A stretch of 60,892 bases of DNA, filler included, from Hausera hauseri (taxonomy: Eukaryota), in assembly GCA_046269625.1 (NCBI GenBank). It is 11 parts of 11 records of this genome, joined end to end, with 100 filler letters (N's around TTAATTAATTAA, not from the genome) between each part and the next. Parts side by side here need not be neighbours in the genome. Positions count along the whole stretch, not along the records: positions 1 to 5,341 come from JBJURY010274952.1; positions 5,442 to 10,526 come from JBJURY010340601.1; 9 more parts are not named here. The stretch is one strand, 5' to 3'. The notes below the pieces were generated by a model, which saw only the letters and a program-made list of their open reading frames with translations, was not told where the DNA came from and ran no database searches. The translations under genes and the position numbers were made by a program. This document shows positions 1 through 10,626 of this stretch, piece after piece (positions within the stretch are counted from its first letter, which is position 1; each line of letters opens with the position of its first letter).

Positions 1-363
1 AATAGTGATATTATTTGTTATTTTCAATGTTTCTGACTCTGATTCTTATTAACTCTAGAAAAATCAGATTAAAACTCGAATCTAACTAATCCAGGAGATC
101 ACACAGGGAACCAACATATTGCGAAAAGAAAAAGCTACCACTATAGTTAGGAGGATTCCCAGACTCACACCACCCCGTCTAGAGACCCCAGGGTGCAGTC
201 TGTTGAAAGTAGTAGCTTTGCAAAGACTGACCAAGACTAATAATAAGAACGGCTAATACAGAGTGATATATTAAGATCCCGCTGACATAACATTATTTGG
301 TGACTGTGTGTCATGGTCTTCTGGTGACATGGCTTTGACGAGATCACGCTGACAAACCTGAAA

Positions 364-383
364 TGGTGCCGTGACCAGGATTC
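364..383 (+). promoter_or_regulatory. Primer-binding site, tRNA-His
   Basis: TGGTGCCGTGACCAGGATTC is the reverse complement of GAATCCTGGTCACGGCA-CCA, the 3' end of invertebrate tRNA-His(GTG) as I recall it. Confidence 0.85.
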
Positions 384-407
384 AAATTCCTGTGACATAA
401 CATTATT

Positions 408-422
408 TGGTGCCGTGACCAG
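408..422 (+). promoter_or_regulatory. Second tRNA-His primer-binding site
   Basis: TGGTGCCGTGACCAG is repeated, preceded by a second copy of TGACA-TAACATTATT. Confidence 0.75.
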
Positions 423-885
423 TTTTAATCCTATGGGGGAAGTTCGAATAGGACTGGCACACCGAAAAGGATTAAGCAAGGGACCTGGAAATTAGAAGCA
501 TTGATACTTCAAGAGAGAAAATTTAGTTATAATAGGGCTGACATACAGGCGTAGGGCATTGAATGTTTTGCAGATTGTTTTACGGATTAGTACACAGGGT
601 GTCACTATATTTTTGTTGCATTTTCACTGATGATAAAATTTATTTCAGGTATATTTGGTATTGGTTGCAGATGAATTACTAACATTGTAGACGCATTTTT
701 TCAGGGTAAGTGCTCGATTGGGCACAGAAGGAAAATTATTGTGTTCTACTAGAGGAAGTTTCACAATTAATAATAAAGATATTGTTTTTTGGTGAAAAGA
801 TTAACATCTAACAGACAGGTGGTATAAATATAATAAGGGAACACACAGCAGAAGAAGCAGGACACCCCACATTCTGCATAAAGTC

Positions 886-3036
886 ATGAACACGTACACC
901 AATCAGTACATGAATGAGAAAAGAAGGGAAGCCCCAAGGTATTTAGGTCAGGCAGCAAGGGGACAGCCAATGAATAGACAAGAGAGGGGTACCGGTAATC
1001 TGGGGGATCATTTTTATTTTGGTCCGCACACGAGTTGGGAGGCAAACGAAACGAAGTTTGTTAGAGTCTCAAGTTGGAGACAAAATGGATACCGTGATAG
1101 AAATTATAGCAATCGAGAGAAGGAAACTGCGAATAATGGTTTAAGTAACTGGAAAACGGTGCGAACCATGAAGGAAGGAATAAGAGGATGGAATAAGAAT
1201 AAAGCACCGGATCATGGTCCTCTGAATTACCAGAGAGATATAATCAAGACCCCAGGCATTAATGGGTCGAGATCCACTGCTGACTCAAGGAAGCGGAAGG
1301 CTGAGTCACCAGTGAGAGCAAAAGGTCCCAGTGGAACTGCGAGGAAGCAACTGATTTTAATCCATTTACAGAGATGCGAGCTTTGCGGTAAAGTTATGAG
1401 AGTAAGGAAACAGTTCGCTAGTGGATCGAACCAGCTCAGGGAGCTAGAACAAATATATTTCGTTGGCCATTGCCAAGCGAATACGAAAACCCCGGAAAGG
1501 AATCCGGCGGAGCGACAGAATGATAGGAAGGGTTCAAACAATAAAAAGACTCTAACGAGGGTCGTGGAGAACCAGACTTCTATTATTAGGAGATTACAGA
1601 ACCAGGTGCGTAATTTACGCGGGTTAATAAATCAGAAGAGATCAGCCAAGGAGCGGGGGTCTCACAAATGGAGAAAAAGGGGAACGAAAGAAGCTCAGAA
1701 AGAGAGTACAGCGCGAGTCACAGGCATTATATGTCAGAGTGGTGGACCCGGCAGACAAACAGGAACCACTGATAACAGTAATTCGCTAGAAGTAACGGAG
1801 ACACAAAGTAGTCAAGGATTGACTACCGAGGCGAGATGTGAGGAGAACGATAAATCGCGGGAAACATTCTACACGATTATGAACGTAGATCCATATCAGA
1901 ACGCAGCAGCCACACTAAGTAATAAAGAAAGACAGAAACGGTCTAAAAGAAAGAAAAATGTTAAGGAGGGCTCAGCAGCCTCAGTTGCTGAAAAACAGGT
2001 TAGTGGGGGAGATAAACAGGAGCGTTGTAACTTAGGGAAACTAATCACTAGTCCTTGCGACTCAAAGACAGATAACAGAGTAGTCGAGTTAATAAAACAG
2101 AATGAAGAATTAGTAAAGGAAGTTAATAGTTTAAAAGAGACAATAGAAAATAAGGAGAAGAAGAATACTATAGAAAGAGAAAAACTGAGGATAGATATCT
2201 CGAAGCAGACAGAAGCGCTTGAGATAAGGAATGAGAGGTTAAAGCAACAAATGGAGGAAATAGAGAAACTGAAGGGTGAAATCGATGAAGAAAAAGACAA
2301 AACCATTATAGACCTGAAGGAACGAAATAAAAGATTGGAAGAAACACAAAAGTCATTAGAAGTAACAATGTCGCAGAGGGAGTTAGTATACGAACAACAA
2401 GGAAGGCGAAATGCACGCTTAGAAGCAGTATGTAGGAATAGAAAAGAAGATGCTAAGAAGATAAACGAAATAAAAAGGGAGGAAGATGAAGGGAAACCAG
2501 CGGAACAGAAAGTTAAAGGAATGGTAGTAAAGGCGGAGAAATCAAAAGTCATAGAACGGAAGACAATTTCAAAAATAAGCCCGATAATTGAAGAAGGAAA
2601 GAAAATGGAGGAAAGAGGGGTAGAAAATAGATTAAGGTGCATAGTAGGAGATAAACGAGTGGAGAAGGTGAGCAATCAATGTGAGGAAAGTGAGGCAACC
2701 CTCACGTGCACTGCCAAGGATAATGAAAAGGCAGAAGAGGAATCGGAGGAAATGGAAACAGGTAGGAACGAAGCCTATAAGCGACCATATGTAGGTGGTA
2801 GTAGTGATGGTGAATTTAAGAATGCGCCGAAGCATTTAAGGCCGTCCGCCATAACGCGGAAACTGGAGGAGAAGGGGAGGAACTCCCTGACAGAAGGGAA
2901 GAACAGGGTAGAGGTAGGACTGAACAATGGAGAGAAAACGCGAACAAAGAAAGAATTAGGCGAAAATCGCTGTGTCAAACGGCGAGGGAGAACGGTGCGA
3001 TATAGGAAGGTAGGACAGAATCTAAGTAAATTTTGA
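886..3036 (+). CDS. 716-aa basic/coiled-coil protein of unknown function inside the LTR element
   Basis: Long uninterrupted ORF with an R/K-rich N-terminus, one CELC motif and a long E/K heptad-like region (about aa 395-530). No recognisable catalytic motif. Confidence 0.6.
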   Translation: MNTYTNQYMNEKRREAPRYLGQAARGQPMNRQERGTGNLGDHFYFGPHTSWEANETKFVRVSSWRQNGYRDRNYSNREKETANNGLSNWKTVRTMKEGIRGWNKNKAPDHGPLNYQRDIIKTPGINGSRSTADSRKRKAESPVRAKGPSGTARKQLILIHLQRCELCGKVMRVRKQFASGSNQLRELEQIYFVGHCQANTKTPERNPAERQNDRKGSNNKKTLTRVVENQTSIIRRLQNQVRNLRGLINQKRSAKERGSHKWRKRGTKEAQKESTARVTGIICQSGGPGRQTGTTDNSNSLEVTETQSSQGLTTEARCEENDKSRETFYTIMNVDPYQNAAATLSNKERQKRSKRKKNVKEGSAASVAEKQVSGGDKQERCNLGKLITSPCDSKTDNRVVELIKQNEELVKEVNSLKETIENKEKKNTIEREKLRIDISKQTEALEIRNERLKQQMEEIEKLKGEIDEEKDKTIIDLKERNKRLEETQKSLEVTMSQRELVYEQQGRRNARLEAVCRNRKEDAKKINEIKREEDEGKPAEQKVKGMVVKAEKSKVIERKTISKISPIIEEGKKMEERGVENRLRCIVGDKRVEKVSNQCEESEATLTCTAKDNEKAEEESEEMETGRNEAYKRPYVGGSSDGEFKNAPKHLRPSAITRKLEEKGRNSLTEGKNRVEVGLNNGEKTRTKKELGENRCVKRRGRTVRYRKVGQNLSKF

Positions 3037-5236
3037 CGAAGCTTATAGAATTTAAGGTAGGGGCGAGAATGAAGGCGGGATTAACCTCAAAAGGTATAGA
3101 ACTTTTGATTAAGTTAATGAGATCCCGGTGTAATAGTTTTAGAATCCCTGTTACTATAAGACATACAGAGGAAAAGGTAAGGTTTAAATCTAGTTAGGAC
3201 CAGATTTTGTTTAGGTCACAGACAGCCTAATACATACCTGAGTAGAGCAGGACTTTCATCTACAGTCAGCACTAATACACAGGCCTGATGCCTGTGCGAC
3301 ACAGTTACACGCACTAACTGTAGATCAGCGGGGAAACACCCAACAAACGAATATAGGTCACATACGTCCCGATTTTTGGGGTATTTGAGGGAGTTCTAAA
3401 AGTAGTGAAACTATCTCAGTAGAACTTTGATTGGAGTGAGACCTAACATATTGTAAGACGTATGTAAAATATTTCGTCTTTTTTTATGAAGTTTTATGTT
3501 TTATGTGTTGTAATGGTAAATAATTTTTCCCATGTGTTGGAAAGGGAAAGATTGTGGGATATACGTGGTGGAGACGTCTTATTAAGGTTATTTATTGTGG
3601 ATGGCGGAGAGAGGACGCCATGGAGCTTCTTTTTTTGGGGGAATTGGCCTGTTGGGGTCAGTCGAACCAGTCTAAAGAGACAGACTATAGGTTTAGTCTT
3701 TTGGGATACAAGGTGTATGTCGTAGACAATCTTGTTGGAAAATCGGAGAAGAGGAGAAAAAGGGAGATGGGCTACCGTGACTCGAGGGTAGTTATGGTAG
3801 CAACATATGTCATTCGCCCTGTTACGGAGGCAGGGGAATTTTGTCTGTTATGGAAGCAGACATAATGCGGAGAATTTTGTTTTGCAGCCAAGTCTGGGAT
3901 ATTATGGGAAGACTTGCGTGGAACATTATGTATTTCATTATGTTAAGGTGATGGGTAACGAACATCACTGAAAAAATATAACATACTATGAGATAATTTG
4001 GTTTGTTCTGGAAGGAATATGCATATTGTTTGATGTGTTATGAATTTGACATGTCCAAGGCCTTATGTAAATATATGTGTATAATTTTTTTATTTTCTTG
4101 ACATTTATTATAATCATATCACTCTATATTGTTTAATTTGTGATTGCCTTAATGTCGTATTTGATTACTTTCTGCAATGACCGATGTTTTTCATTATATG
4201 GGCATGAGTTTTCACATTCCAAATGCTGCATTTTATGTAAATCTTATTGGTTATGAGAATATATCACTTATTTCTTGATGATGTTTCAATGAAAATTTTG
4301 TTATATATTGTTACCAAGAAGAAAACTGACGTTGCAAGACGCAACCATGATACTGAGAATAAATGTAACTTTTGAGACACTTTGACACTTTTCAGAAACA
4401 CATTGTTTCAGGAACACAATATTTGTGCACAGCGAAAGTAGAGCACGCGAGCACGCGGCGGGAACTTACTTGTCCAGAAAAGTCCCGGGTTAGAGCGCTG
4501 GAGGAAAGTTCAGGTATTTGGAAGGGGGGTTTTCTCGATGACACTTAGGTGACAATTATGAGTCACCGACGACCAGACAAGACAAGAGAGGGGGACTTGT
4601 TGGGATTTACCTGGCGGGGAACTCTAAGCCAGGGGGCGTCAACTGAGTGTGAACATGTTGACATTCCGAAAGAGTCTTGATTTTGATTTCAGGTTCCTAG
4701 GTGGAAACTGTGTATGGGATTTGAGAATTCCCTGAGGAGAAATTTGTTGTTGATGTATTGATGGATGAATGTTGGAATTATTTTTCTTTTTCTTGGATAA
4801 TTTAAAATTTTTTAAACTGACCTTGTCTTCATGTAATGAATTTTATTATCATGACTCATGCATTCATGCTTGCATGTTGCTTATTATTTGGTAGTGTGGA
4901 CTTAGTTGATATCAAATGAATACTTTGATGAGTTTGTGCTGACCATTATGATGATTTTTGTTTTCGCACTTTCTTGATGGGAATGTCATTGATTTTGTTT
5001 TGATGTGGTAGTGTAACTTGATGATTCTCTTATGCCAGTTAATGTTTTTTCTTTTCTGTATGATGTCTGAACCTAGAATTATTATATATGGTCGATTGAC
5101 TGTCATTTTTGAAGACAGTGACATTTTAACATGGTTGTTGGTTACAGGGTCCTGTAGGACTTTGATTATAGATTGGGTAAACAGAATCATTGTGTAAAAT
5201 ACTTAGAGACTTTAAGATAACTTAAAGTCTTTTAAC

Positions 5237-5341
5237 AAAGGGAGGTAATGTCATAGGGATTAGGAACCAGCATAGGGACACCTTAGCACATGATGATGAT
5301 GGTTAAAAATAATTATAGACTGATAATGGTGCACATAAACT
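5237..5341 (+). repeat. Polypurine tract and start of 3' LTR (TGTCA at 5249)
   Basis: AAAGGGAGGTAA|TGTCATAGGG. The contig ends shortly afterwards, as expected for an assembly break in an LTR. Confidence 0.65.
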
Positions 5342-5441
5342 NNNNNNNNNNNNNNNNNNNNNNNNNNNNNNNNNNNNNNNNNNNNTTAATTAATTAANNN
5401 NNNNNNNNNNNNNNNNNNNNNNNNNNNNNNNNNNNNNNNNN
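5342..5441. other. Artificial contig linker N44-TTAATTAATTAA-N44 (first of 10)
   Basis: Identical 100-nt spacers with stops in all six frames at 5342-5441, 10527-10626, 15220-15319, 21305-21404, 28250-28349, 36221-36320, 40271-40370, 45559-45658, 50577-50676 and 55296-55395. Genes are cut and composition changes at the linkers. Confidence 0.98.
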
Positions 5442-5836
5442 AACTTTTTAAGACTACATGGTATGGGGATAGACCATATCTTCTCCACACACCAAATGCA
5501 CACTCCCAGAAGTGGCAGATTAAATTTCACCAACCAAAATAGCGCCTGGGTCCACCCAACCTAAAAACATTCTACGGAATTGTAAAAGCAGCCATGAACT
5601 GTGCTGACCACATAACTCAATTATGTGTCACTGGTCAAGGCAAATGAGGACACTAACCCCACATTCCCCTATACACCTGTAGGCGTGAGTGGATACCTTT
5701 ACTTTCGCTATGATATTTGCATCCAAATTTCCTTTACTTATCAAGATTAAACTATATACAAGGGAGACAATTAAATTATCAAATGTTTCAGTTTGATTAA
5801 CTGCACATATTTATTGAACCTGATTTCTTGTTTCAG

Positions 5837-6039
5837 TAATGGAGCTCCTTCTAAACGTTCAGTCCTGTTACATAATATTGATATTCTGTACCCCAAAAAA
5901 GGTGTGCCCTTGTACAACGATACCTGGGACACTAGAGTCAGGGCTGCCATCAGAGTCGGTGATTACAAACTTATAACCGGGGATCCAGGTAACGGAAGAT
6001 GGGTGCCTCCACCTGGTGACAAGCTCTATACTATACCAG
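5837..6039 (+). CDS. Internal exon of a host arylsulfatase B/I/J-family gene
   Basis: Acceptor TTTCTTGTTTCAG|T at 5836/7 and donor CAG|GTTGGT at 6039/40. The peptide [10 protein letters not shown]...[22 protein letters not shown] matches the C-terminal part of ARSB-type sulfatases. Confidence 0.85.
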
Positions 6040-6447
6040 GTTGGTACTACACTTGTTATGAATTGCATTTTTGCGTTAACACTTTCTGTCACCAACTAAT
6101 ATATCAGATGTCTTGTGATGCCGTGTTTGTGCTTAAGTATAGTGAAATATGTATATGATTATTCCTTCTTGTCCCTTTTTTTTAAATGTAATCGTAAGAA
6201 AGCTGGATTTATTAGCGGATACTGTCGCTGTGGTGTACTTCATCATTATTTGCGATGGTCTGAGTGGTGACACTGGATACACTGACCTCTGTTTATTTAT
6301 TAATGTTTCTGTCCTTTGTCCCATCTGAAATCATTAGCACATTGTTAATCTCGTATTTCTTCTCTGACCAAGTATGTATACAATCCAGTCTCCACGAATA
6401 CCGCAATCATTGTTTTGTTTTTGCTACTAATAGTAGTTCTTCCGAGA

Positions 6448-6672
6448 ATCATCATCATCATCAGGTGCCGTGCTGCGAAGCACAGGCTGTCATGGATCTC
6501 CACCTCTCGCGATTCCTAGTGTCTCCAATCATCTCTGCTGTTAACCTACTTCCGAGCCATTCTTTAAAACCATCCAGATACTTTGTTCTTTGCTTACCAC
6601 AGCTTCTACCTTCTGGTATTTTGCCTGTGGTGACCATGTTCTCCAGACCTTCTCTTCTTAAAATATGACCAA
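6448..6672 (-). mobile_element. 5'-truncated RTE-clade LINE 3' end with (GAT)n tail
   Basis: Colinear with 9745-9965 (CAGGTGCC.TGCTGCGAAGCACAGGCTGTC...AGACCTTCTCTTCTTAAAA). (ATC)n tail on the + strand. Confidence 0.8.
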
Positions 6673-7525
6673 TATGATAAATTGAAGACCATACTAGAGG
6701 GATACGTTGAAGTAGTTAGAGCAAATTGTTAACCAAGATACAAACGGAGGACAATATCAATAACTTGTGAGGAAAGTACATTTCGGAGTACAGAGCCAAG
6801 GCCCGCAGACTGCTGCTTATTAATTATAATGTTCCAGTGCGGAGAACCCACGTGATAAGACAGTATTATGTGCACACCCGCTGCGATAATTATACAAACA
6901 TATGCATAAATCAGCAAACATCTGCGAACCGTAAAAAAGTAATGTTGAACATATCTGGGCCCGAGGCAAATAAACCATAGATGCGCTACTGTTTGATCTT
7001 TATCATTTCTGTAAAGAGTGCAATCCGGGCTGATAGGGGTCTGTATGATTCTATGAGTGTGTCAGATGTGCAAATGAATTCATGTATATTTTCATTAAAT
7101 TTGAACTTATGAAATCATAGCTTAATATCGCGGCAGATGTCCTTCATTGTATAAATTTGCAGAAACGTAAACAGATGAAGAACCTAATTATTTACTCCGA
7201 TTAAATACAATTATTTTCATGGCAAATAGTAAACCCAACATAGTGCTCTCCTGATCAGGGCGTGGAAAATACAATTAACTTTGTGTGGTATGCAGGGATG
7301 CACAAGAACGAAACATTATGGAAAGCTCATGAATAAAATGTACCCCACTATCAAAGTGACTTTTTTTTAAAAAAAAAGACGGACTTACTCTATTGTTTGT
7401 TTGACTTTTGCTAATCCCTTCCCAAAAGAAACGTGGATTAGGAACTGGACGAGGGGTATCGCTTACTTTTTAAGTCTGATGATCCTTGAAATTCAACACA
7501 CTCGATTTGCAAATTCTCCGAGATC

Positions 7526-7800
7526 TCAACTACGCTCATGAAGAAAGGGGAAGAAACTTTCTTCTTGAAATGTAGTGTTCACATCTTTTTGAATTTCTGC
7601 TACATTTACTGGGTAAATTTGAAAGTTGTGCTGCAGCATTGGAAAGAGCACGAAGATATTGTTTAATAGTTGTGATTTCAAGAGTTTTAGTTTTGTTATG
7701 AATGCCTCCACGTGGTCGAAGGATGAAACGGTCTTCACACTGCGGACGTGAATTAGTTCATTCAAGTGTGTTGTAATATGTGCAAAGGAACAAAGAATTA
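7526..7800 (-). pseudogene. hAT (Charlie/SPIN/GTF2IRD2-like) transposase relic
   Basis: FAHITTHLNEL...VEAFITKLKLLKSQL...FVLFPML fits the HLNxLN...AFxxKLxL...FPxL segment of this family. Confidence 0.6.
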
Positions 7801-9732
7801 TACATCCATTTTGGGTCATTAAATTCGGGAAAGGGTGTGGTTATAAACTCACAAAACATGCAAGGTCTCTGTCTTCTTAACGTAAAAGGCAAGAACGCAG
7901 AAAGATGGGAAAAAAGTAGAATTTCTCGAAAAAAAAAATCGGGTTTACTTTCCATAACACCCGGAGACCCAATGCAATTTAGACTTATGAAGCTGCCACT
8001 TAATGGGGATGGAACATGAGTCATCTGGTAGGAATTGGCCACGGACACTTAATAGGAACAGGAGTCACCTGCTAGGAATCAGCCACTGACACTTCCTATG
8101 CTAGTGTGCAGCAGAAGCTCAAAAAGACTTGTCTTTTTTTTAATGGGTGAGAACCAGTCCAGTGGGCTGCGTTATAGTAGAGTTACCTTGTTTGTTTTGA
8201 ATGTTAGCAGTCACGTACACTAGACACATTTTCTGTGATTTCATTAGCAGAAATCAACATGTACTAGAACCAGCGTGATTTGAGCAACAGAAATTAACGT
8301 ACGTTAGACGGTGCCTGATTTAAGTATCCAGGCACTAGCGTAGACTGTATGTTCGACTTGAGAATGAAAAATCAGCATTTGCCTGATATTGCCTGTTGTG
8401 AGTATCAGGAAATATATACTAGATGTTGCTTGGTTTGAATAACAGAAATCAACATGTGAAAGATGTACAAGTGATAAGTAATTTCTCAGTTACTGAAGTC
8501 TGATGATAAAAGAATAACTGTCGACTTCCGTATTCTTTATTGATGACAACTTGTTTGTCAACGTCAGTATCCTCGGTGGTTATAACGTAAAAGGTGGGTG
8601 GGAGTATAAACCATTTGGTAAAATGCGTTGATGGATGAACGGCGAGACAGATGTTAACAAAAAGAAAACAGCTGTGGTTAAAACAAACAAAAACTATCTG
8701 AACTAAAACAATTTTATTTGCTTGAACTGCTTTCCTTATTGTAATTTTTCAATTTTATATACTTTCTTCATACATATCAGGTTCATATATTTATCTCAGA
8801 CTGGGGTAATTTTTAACAAAATTTCAATTTTATTTAAAAGCTTGAGCGTTAAAACAGCATGTCCCTCTTGCATAAAGGAAACGTACTGTTGCGGTTGTTT
8901 GCATTATGGATTGCTTTTAATATAACAGGTTCAACGGTAATTGACACTATATTAAGGCATAACTCAATAACTATATATTCATAACTAAATATAATCAGGA
9001 GCAAGGAGGGATGCTCTTTAACTGGGCGGCTGTGGGGTTAGAAACGATAGCTTGTCAATACTGTACTCCAAACTCCTTATTCATTCAAACACAGACAATG
9101 AGTAAGTAAAACTATAATTATAATAAAGCACTCTACAAACGTGTAAACATAAGTCATATACTAACTTATATTTCGCCCCAGCTTTGAAACACATCGCAGC
9201 AGCCATCAAGAAAACCAAAGGTCGGCAAACGAAGGGTTACAGCACCTTTCAATTTTTTTAGATGTTTGTTTAGGTCTAAACTTTTGAACCATACGAATGT
9301 AAATATGGTCGAAAGAGGAATAAGGTATGGGTGGGGAAAAAATTAAATTTAAGCAATATTTATTTAAGTTTTAACCAAATCAAAATAAATAAAATTGTAA
9401 TCGCATAAGAAAATCCTGCACTGTTGCAATAAAACTTTCAAGCCGCAGGAAAGTGAGAGTGATGATAATGCTGGCATGTGCACCACTTCGTAACATCTGA
9501 GTGAAGGTTACATAAGCGAAACATCAAATTGAACAAACGACTACAGTTGATGTAATAATCTCCATGACTGAAAAACTAGGCACCACGACGTAGCACTTAG
9601 ATTAGAATTGGAAGATTGAATTATGGAAAGACAGTAGCAGTACGATGTTGCAGAAGCCTCGTCATATCACCGACCCTGGTCGCGATCTACAGCGATCTCC
9701 GACATCATTTAACTCTAGAATTCAATATGAGA

Positions 9733-10526
9733 ATCCTCATCATTATCATTATCATCATCAGGTGCCATGCTGCGAAGCACAGGCTGTCTTAGATCTCTAT
9801 TTCTCGCGTTTCCTGGTGTCCCCAATCATCTCTGCTGTTGAACTACTTCCCAGCCATTCGTGCAAACAATCCAGACACTACATTCTTTGCGGTCCACTGC
9901 TTCTATTTCCTTGTATTTTGCCTGTGGTGACCAAGTTCTTAAGACCTTCTCTTCTTAAAAAATTGCCAGTCATAGATGTTTGTATCTTTCTTTTCCTACT
10001 GATAAGTGTTCTTTCTGCATCTGCTTCTTGTAAAACATCTTCATTTGTTCTCTTTGTTGTCCAAGAGATTTTCAACATTCTTCTGAGAAACCACATCTCT
10101 GTTGCTTTTAAAGAATTTTCCAATTTTTACTCAATGTCCAAGATTCGCAGCCATTCATTAGTATCTGTTGAATATGACACTGCAGACTTTCTTTTTCAAC
10201 TGTAATGACAGATCTGTCGTACATAATATGCTTTTCATTTTCTGGAATGCTGTTTTTGCCAGTGCAGTTCTACTTTTGATTTCCGTGTCACATCTGCCAT
10301 CTGATGTTACAAGAGTTCCAAGGTATTTGAATGTTTGCACTTGCTTTACTTTTGAAGATTTTATTATTACATTGCACACTGATGGCTCTTTTTTCTTAGA
10401 GACTGTCATCGTTACCGTTTTTCTTTTTTTCGTGTTTAAGCTGAGTCCATTCTTTTCACTTTCAGTTATTACAGTGTTCAGCATCTCTTGTAAATCCCTT
10501 TCGTTTGTTGTTATTAGCACAGTGTC
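9733..10526 (-). mobile_element. RTE-clade non-LTR retrotransposon, RT C-terminus and 3' tail (frameshifted)
   Basis: GLSLNTKK..FKYLGTLVTSDGRCDTEIKSR..AKTAF; EMWFLRRMLKISW..RTNEDVL; GKIQGNRSSG; (GAT)n-type tail. Confidence 0.92.
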
Positions 10527-10626
10527 NNNNNNNNNNNNNNNNNNNNNNNNNNNNNNNNNNNNNNNNNNNNTTAATTAATTAANNNNNNNNNNNNNNNNNN
10601 NNNNNNNNNNNNNNNNNNNNNNNNNN

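Larger units (their letters stand above)
1..5341 (+). mobile_element. Non-autonomous LTR retroelement (5' LTR end, PBS array, single ORF, PPT, 3' LTR start)
   Basis: The 5' LTR ends TGACA at 283-287 and tRNA-His PBS motifs follow. A purine tract AAAGGGAGGTAA (5237-5248) is followed directly by TGTCA (5249), the perfect inverse of TGACA. No PR/RT/IN motifs are seen in between. Confidence 0.7.

Noticed and set aside
364-422. tRNA-His gene (and tRNA-Ser gene at 36156-36174)
   Set aside because: Only 15-20 nt matching the 3' end including the CCA, with no cloverleaf. This is the signature of a PBS.
1227-2978. Minus-strand ORFs such as 1896-2675
   Set aside because: Ser/Phe/Leu-rich shadows of the purine-rich + strand ORF.
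6264-10578. Plus-strand His-rich ORFs 6264-6668, 9645-10205 and 10168-10578
   Set aside because: Antisense readings of the RTE LINE and its (CAT)n tail.
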